Source: Candidatus Omnitrophota bacterium (GTDB lineage: Bacteria; Omnitrophota; Gorgyraeia; Zapsychrales; Aceulaceae). Taken from it: 64,000 bases of DNA. The DNA is taken from contig JAQUUP010000005.1 of NCBI GenBank assembly GCA_028693815.1, positions 104 through 64,103 of the forward strand, in the 5' to 3' direction. The translations under genes and the position numbers were made by a program. Shown piece by piece: positions 59,153-64,000 of this stretch. The first letter of the stretch is position 1. Each line of letters opens with the position of its first letter. The notes below the pieces were generated by a model that had not been told where the DNA came from, did no database searches, and saw only the letters and a list, made by a program, of their open reading frames with translations.

Positions 59153-60367
59153 ATGAGCAATTCAATAGAGGAAATTATCAAGGATCTTCAACAGGGTAAG
59201 ATAATTATTGTTATTGATGATGAGGGTCGCGAAAATGAAGGTGACCTTTTGATTGCGGCGGAATTTGTTAGTGCTGAGGATATTAATTTTATGGCAAGAG
59301 AAGCCAGGGGACTTATTTGTATGCCAATGGAAGGAAAAAGGTTGGACGAACTTCGGCTTCATCCAATGGTTTCCGCTGGTAGCGATTGGCAGGATGAGGG
59401 CAATACTGGGTGGACCGTTTCGGTTGACGCGGCCAATAATTCAACAACTGGAATTTCAGCTGCTGATAGAGCGCAAACGGTAAAAGTTTTAATTGATCCG
59501 AAAACAACTCCAAAGGATCTTATTAGGCCAGGACATTTATTTCCATTAAAGGCAAGAGAAGGTGGTGTTTTAGTTCGCGCAGGGCATACGGAAGCAACTG
59601 TTGATTTGATGAAGATTTCTGGACTTTATCCAGCTGGGGTTATTTGTGAGATTATGAAACCAGATGGAACGATGGCAAGAACTTCTGAGCTTAAAGAATT
59701 TGCAAAAAAACATAATTTAAAAATTTGTACTATTGATAGTATTATTGAATATCGAAGAAAAAAAGATAAGTTGATTGAGAAGTCAGGAGAGGCAAAGCTT
59801 CCAACAATACATGGCGATTTTCAAATGATTGGATATGATTCAACTGTTGATGGAGTTACTCACGTTGCGCTCGTAAAAGGAAACGTTTCGGATGGAAAAC
59901 CTGTTTTGGTTCGCGTGCAATCTGAATGTTTAACTGGCGATGTTTTTGGATCAAGGCGATGCGATTGTCGTGAGCAGTTAGATGCAGCTTTAGAGGCGAT
60001 TAAAAAAGAAGGTTCTGGTGTTATGCTTTATATGCGACAAGAAGGTCGAGGCATTGGATTGCAAAATAAAATTAAGGCGTATCATCTTCAGGACCAGGGT
60101 ATGGATACTGTTGAGGCAAATGAAGCATTAGGGTTTGGTGCTGATTTACGTGATTATGGAATTGGCGCTCAAATTTTAGTTGATCTAGGCGTTAAGGAAA
60201 TTAGACTTTTAACGAACAACCCAAAGAAAATTGTTGGACTTGAGGGTTATGGTCTTAAAGTTTCTGAGCGCGTTCCTATCGTTGTTCCTCATAACGAAAA
60301 GAATAAGAATTATCTAAAAACTAAAAAAGAAAAGCTAGGTCATTTTCTAGAGTCTTTGAGATTTTAA
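59153..60367 (+). CDS. ribBA: bifunctional 3,4-dihydroxy-2-butanone-4-phosphate synthase / GTP cyclohydrolase II
   Basis: The N-terminal half has RENEGDL (DHBP synthase). The C-terminal half has the CxxC...C zinc motif ([14 protein letters not shown]) of GTP cyclohydrolase II. Confidence 0.9.
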   Translation: MSNSIEEIIKDLQQGKIIIVIDDEGRENEGDLLIAAEFVSAEDINFMAREARGLICMPMEGKRLDELRLHPMVSAGSDWQDEGNTGWTVSVDAANNSTTGISAADRAQTVKVLIDPKTTPKDLIRPGHLFPLKAREGGVLVRAGHTEATVDLMKISGLYPAGVICEIMKPDGTMARTSELKEFAKKHNLKICTIDSIIEYRRKKDKLIEKSGEAKLPTIHGDFQMIGYDSTVDGVTHVALVKGNVSDGKPVLVRVQSECLTGDVFGSRRCDCREQLDAALEAIKKEGSGVMLYMRQEGRGIGLQNKIKAYHLQDQGMDTVEANEALGFGADLRDYGIGAQILVDLGVKEIRLLTNNPKKIVGLEGYGLKVSERVPIVVPHNEKNKNYLKTKKEKLGHFLESLRF

Positions 60368-60368
60368 T

Positions 60369-60839
60369 ATGGCAAAAATAATTAAAGGGGATTTGAAAGG
60401 AAAAGGTATCAAGCTGGGCGTTGTTGTTTCCCAGTTTAATGATTTTATTACATCTAAGCTTTTAGATGGATGTCTTGAAGAGCTGTCTAAGAATGGTGTT
60501 AAGAAAACTGATGCTACTGTTGTTTTCGTTCCGGGGGCGTGGGAGATTCCTGTTGTTGCTCTTCAATTAGCTAAAAATAAAAATATTGATGGAGTCATTT
60601 GTCTTGGCGCTGTGATTCGTGGAGAGACAGCACATTTTGATTTTGTTGCGCGAGGTGCGTGTGATGGTATTCAGAAAGTCGCACTTTCAACAGGCAAGCC
60701 CGTAGTTTTAGGTGTTCTAACGACAGATACAATAGATCAAGCGTATAAGCGCTCTAACGAGAATAACAATAAAGGGTGCGATGTTGCAAAAGCAGTTCTC
60801 GAAATGGTTGATGTCTTTAAGAAGTTAAAGAAAATATAA
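60369..60839 (+). CDS. ribH: 6,7-dimethyl-8-ribityllumazine synthase
   Basis: 156 aa with a VPGAWEIP motif. Confidence 0.9.
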   Translation: MAKIIKGDLKGKGIKLGVVVSQFNDFITSKLLDGCLEELSKNGVKKTDATVVFVPGAWEIPVVALQLAKNKNIDGVICLGAVIRGETAHFDFVARGACDGIQKVALSTGKPVVLGVLTTDTIDQAYKRSNENNNKGCDVAKAVLEMVDVFKKLKKI

Positions 60840-60872
60840 TCTTAGGTCTTTGATTAGAATTGGATTCTATAA

Positions 60873-61301
60873 ATGCGAAAACGAACATTAGCTCGTGAAT
60901 TAGTTTTAAAAGTTCTTTATCAGGCTGATATAAGAAAAGAGTCTATGTCACTACTCGCCAAAAGCTTTTCTGACCTTTCTGAAATTAATGATAGCGAAAT
61001 TAAAGATTTCGCTTCTGTCCTCATCTCAGGTATCGAAAAAAATTTAAAAGACATTGATGCAAAAATTTTTAAATACGCATCTAATTGGGATATAAGCCGC
61101 ATGGCTTTTATTGATCGCAATGTTTTAAGAATGGGTATTTTTGAATTGCTCTATATGCCGGATGTTCCATCGAAAGTTTCTATTAATGAAGCGATTGAGC
61201 TTGTTAAAAAGTATGGGGATATTGAATCTAGCAAGTTTGTAAATGGAATTCTAGATAAAGCACACAAAGAGAATCCCGTTGTGAAAGATAAAAAATCGTG
61301 A
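60873..61301 (+). CDS. nusB: transcription antitermination factor NusB
   Basis: 142 aa. It has an N-terminal RKRTLARELVL Arg-rich motif and an NGILD motif. Confidence 0.85.
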   Translation: MRKRTLARELVLKVLYQADIRKESMSLLAKSFSDLSEINDSEIKDFASVLISGIEKNLKDIDAKIFKYASNWDISRMAFIDRNVLRMGIFELLYMPDVPSKVSINEAIELVKKYGDIESSKFVNGILDKAHKENPVVKDKKS

Positions 61302-62122
61302 CGTTGTTTGCTGATCTTCATATACATACAAATTATTCGGATAGTAGTTTAACGCCCGAGGAAGTTGTTCAAGAATCTTTGAATGCTGATTTAAAGTGTA
61401 TTGCCATCACAGATCACGATACCTTTGAGGGTGTGGCTCCTGCTCAAAAGGCAGCTGACTCGAAGAATCTTGAAATTATTTCAGGTATTGAATTTTCTTC
61501 GGAGCTAGATGGCAAAGATATCCACATTCTTGGATATTGTCTGGATTGTAAAAATAAAACGCTTTTGGATAAAATTGAAGAAATGCAAAATACGCGAGTT
61601 GCTCGTATTGAGAAAATGATTGAGAAGTTAAAAGGTGTTGGTATTGACAATATTTCTTTGGACGAAGTCTGTTCTTTGACAAAAACAAAATCAGTAGGAC
61701 GTCCTCATTTAGCGTTTGTTTTAAAAGAGAAGAAATGGGTATCTTCAATCAGAGAAGCTTTTGATCGGTTTTTGGCTGACGATGCTGTGGCATATGTAAA
61801 AAAGTATAAGCAGACGCCCGTTGAAGCAATTAATCTTATTCGACTATCTGGAGGAGTTGCTGTCTTAGCTCATCCTATGAGTACGCGTTGTGATGAAATA
61901 ATTCCTGGGCTCGTTAAAGCAGGACTTCAAGGATTAGAAGTGTATTATCCGAATTGGTCTAGGTCTGTAATTGAGTATTACGAAAAGATTGGAAAGAAAA
62001 ATAATTTAATTTTAACAGGTGGGTCGGATGCGCATGGAGAAGGAAAAGATAATACGTTTATTGGAAAAGCAAAAGTGCCCTATGAAGTTGTCGAGCAGCT
62101 AAAGGCAATGGCGGGAAAATAA
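61298..62122 (+). CDS. PHP-domain metal-dependent phosphoesterase
   Basis: It has an HIHTNYSD motif and later His/Asp ligands (AHP, GGSDAHG). It is embedded in the rib operon. Confidence 0.8.
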   Translation: MTLFADLHIHTNYSDSSLTPEEVVQESLNADLKCIAITDHDTFEGVAPAQKAADSKNLEIISGIEFSSELDGKDIHILGYCLDCKNKTLLDKIEEMQNTRVARIEKMIEKLKGVGIDNISLDEVCSLTKTKSVGRPHLAFVLKEKKWVSSIREAFDRFLADDAVAYVKKYKQTPVEAINLIRLSGGVAVLAHPMSTRCDEIIPGLVKAGLQGLEVYYPNWSRSVIEYYEKIGKKNNLILTGGSDAHGEGKDNTFIGKAKVPYEVVEQLKAMAGK

Positions 62123-62123
62123 A

Positions 62124-63218
62124 ATGAAATTAAATTCTGATACAACTTATATGAAAATGGCATTAAATTTTGCGCTTAAGGCGAAAGGTCAGACTTCGCC
62201 TAATCCTATGGTTGGGGCTCTGATCGTTAAGAATAATCGTATTATTGCTAAAGGATATCATCGGCGTTGTGGGGCTGATCATGCAGAAATTGAAGCTTTA
62301 AAGAAAGCTGGACGTTTTTCTAAAGGGGCAAAGCTGTATGTTACTCTTGAGCCATGTGGGCATTTTGGACGAACGCCGCCTTGTGTTGATGCAATTATTA
62401 ACAGCGGTATTAAAGAAGTTGTGATTGGGACAGAAGATCCAAATATAAAGAATAACGGAAAATCAATTCAAAAGTTAAATAGAGCTGGCGTTAAGACAAA
62501 AGTTGGGATTTTGGCTGATGAGCTTTTTCAGATGAATGAGGCTTTTTTTAAATATATTAAAAAAGGGATGCCGTTTGTTGTTGTTAAATGTGCTCAGACA
62601 ATGGATGGAAAGATTGCAACATCTAACGGGCATTCAAAGTGGATTACGAGCGAAGAAACGAGAAAATTAGCGCATGAGTTGCGTAATGATTTTGATGCAA
62701 TTTTAGTTGGAATTAATACTGTTGTTAAGGATAACCCTTTTTTGAATGCAACGAAAGAATCAAAAGAGTTAAAAAAGATTATTGTTGATTCGTCTTTGAG
62801 GATTTCTTTAGGTGCGAATTTGTTTAAAAAAACAAATTCTCACAATATTTATATTGCAACAACTGAATCTGCAAGCATAAAGAAAATTGAAAATTTTAGA
62901 AAAAAAGGGATCAATGTTTTTGTTTGTTCATCCAAGGACGGACGCGTTGATTTAAAGAAATTCTTTAAAATTTTAGCAGGTCATGAGATTACAAGTATTC
63001 TTGTTGAAGGCGGAGCAACTATCGTGGGCAGCGTTTTAAAGCAAGGGCTTGCAGATAAAATGTGGATATTTATTGCACCAAAAATTATTGGAGATCAAGA
63101 GGCGAAAAGTGCAATTACTGGGCTTGGAATAAAAAATGTGAATCGTTCTTTAAAATTAGGCGATATGCGTTTAAAATACATGAAAAGTGATATTTTTATT
63201 GAGGCTTATATAAAGTAG
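62124..63218 (+). CDS. ribD: bifunctional diaminohydroxyphosphoribosylaminopyrimidine deaminase / 5-amino-6-(5-phosphoribosylamino)uracil reductase
   Basis: It has a deaminase HAEIEAL...PCGHFGRTPPC zinc motif and a C-terminal reductase domain. Confidence 0.9.
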   Translation: MKLNSDTTYMKMALNFALKAKGQTSPNPMVGALIVKNNRIIAKGYHRRCGADHAEIEALKKAGRFSKGAKLYVTLEPCGHFGRTPPCVDAIINSGIKEVVIGTEDPNIKNNGKSIQKLNRAGVKTKVGILADELFQMNEAFFKYIKKGMPFVVVKCAQTMDGKIATSNGHSKWITSEETRKLAHELRNDFDAILVGINTVVKDNPFLNATKESKELKKIIVDSSLRISLGANLFKKTNSHNIYIATTESASIKKIENFRKKGINVFVCSSKDGRVDLKKFFKILAGHEITSILVEGGATIVGSVLKQGLADKMWIFIAPKIIGDQEAKSAITGLGIKNVNRSLKLGDMRLKYMKSDIFIEAYIK

Positions 63219-63238
63219 CTGTTAGGGAAAGGAATTTA

Positions 63239-63844
63239 ATGTTTTCAGGAATCGTTGAAGAAAAAGGCATTGTTCAAAAGATTGAGCGAAAAGAAAATCT
63301 TATTGTCTTATCGGTTAAAGCTAAAAAAGTTTTAAAAGGAATTAAAATTGGTGACAGTATCTCGACTGATGGAGTTTGTCTTACTGTTGCGAAGTTAAAG
63401 AAAGATGTCTTTACTTTTGATATTATGAAAGAAACAATGGATAAGACGACTTTAAAATATTTAGAAGTCGGAAGCAGGGTTAATCTTGAGGGCGCGCTTC
63501 GTGTTAATGATCGATTGGGAGGTCATTTTGTATCGGGTCACATTGATGGAGTTGGGACAATTAAGAAAAGAATATCTTTGCCGAATTATGAAGAATTTCA
63601 AATTCTGATTCCAAAGAGTCTTGCACGTTATTTGGCTCCTAAAGGCTCTGTTTGTATTGATGGGATTAGTCTAACGATTGGCGAAGTTAAAGGGAACATG
63701 TTTTTTGTTTATATTATTCCGCACACTCTTAAGGTGACAACCTTGGGTTCTAAAAAAGATAATGATAAAGTGAATATTGAAACAGATCTTTTAGCAAAAT
63801 ATATTTTATCTGCACGCGAACAAGATCTTGTTATTGGAAAGTAA
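63239..63844 (+). CDS. ribE: riboflavin synthase alpha subunit
   Basis: It has an MFSGIVEE N-terminus and a duplicated lumazine-binding repeat. Confidence 0.85.
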   Translation: MFSGIVEEKGIVQKIERKENLIVLSVKAKKVLKGIKIGDSISTDGVCLTVAKLKKDVFTFDIMKETMDKTTLKYLEVGSRVNLEGALRVNDRLGGHFVSGHIDGVGTIKKRISLPNYEEFQILIPKSLARYLAPKGSVCIDGISLTIGEVKGNMFFVYIIPHTLKVTTLGSKKDNDKVNIETDLLAKYILSAREQDLVIGK

Positions 63845-63852
63845 CAAATAAA

Positions 63853-64000
63853 ATGAAAAAAAGAGTTCTTATTACTGGATTGGGTGTTTTATCAAGCATT
63901 GGCAAAGGCCGTGCGGAATATTGGAAATCTCTTAAAGCCGGAAAGCCAGGCTGGGCCCCAGCGACTTTATTTGACACATCTGATCTTTCGGTTCATGAAG
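63853..64000 (+). CDS. fabF: 3-oxoacyl-ACP synthase II, 3'-truncated by the window edge
   Basis: The N-terminus is MKKRVLITGLGVLSSIGKG... Confidence 0.7.
   Translation, partial: MKKRVLITGLGVLSSIGKGRAEYWKSLKAGKPGWAPATLFDTSDLSVHE

Overview
This 64-kb window comes from a low-GC (roughly 35-40 % GC by eye) bacterial chromosome with Gram-negative-type envelope genes (RodZ, PgsA/PgpA). I cannot assign the taxon from sequence alone. Nearly all genes are on the + strand.

Identifiable housekeeping content, in order:
- a partial murA;
- a trp operon (trpG-D-C-F, then trpB and trpA) interrupted by about 8.3 kb of accessory DNA;
- an M16 peptidase;
- rsfS, argS and recJ;
- rpmB on the - strand;
- a UvrD-like helicase fused to a RecB-type nuclease;
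- a two-component cluster;
- nadA-iscS-nifU;
- a GAF/HD-GYP phosphodiesterase;
- ychF, gpmI and a PAS-GGDEF cyclase;
- rpsO-pnp-ftsK-rodZ-rimO-pgsA-pgpA;
- thpR and cinA on the - strand;
- a riboflavin operon (ribBA-ribH-nusB-PHP-ribD-ribE);
- the start of fabF.

The unusual content is:
- **Two paralogous giant secreted proteins.** They are 1208 aa and 3212 aa and share an N-terminal module of about 370 aa. The larger one carries a degenerate HAD-like motif, a K/E-rich coiled coil and a C-terminal histidine-phosphatase-like domain.
- **A REP/RAYT island.** A 33-nt imperfect palindrome occurs five times in direct orientation around an IS200-like tyrosine transposase gene and a zinc-ribbon gene.
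- **A second dispersed repeat family.** A double-hairpin element of about 90 nt occurs at four loci. Its single-stranded linker and 'TAAATTCG' tail are conserved while the stems covary.
- **A candidate structured ncRNA.** It is about 200 nt, has its own promoter and two terminators, and sits upstream of the first giant gene.
- **Diverged in-frame duplicates of the trpB 3' end** lying downstream of one double-hairpin element.
- **A PHP phosphoesterase inside the rib operon.**

All calls rest on ORF translation, motif recognition and visual repeat detection. No database search was possible.
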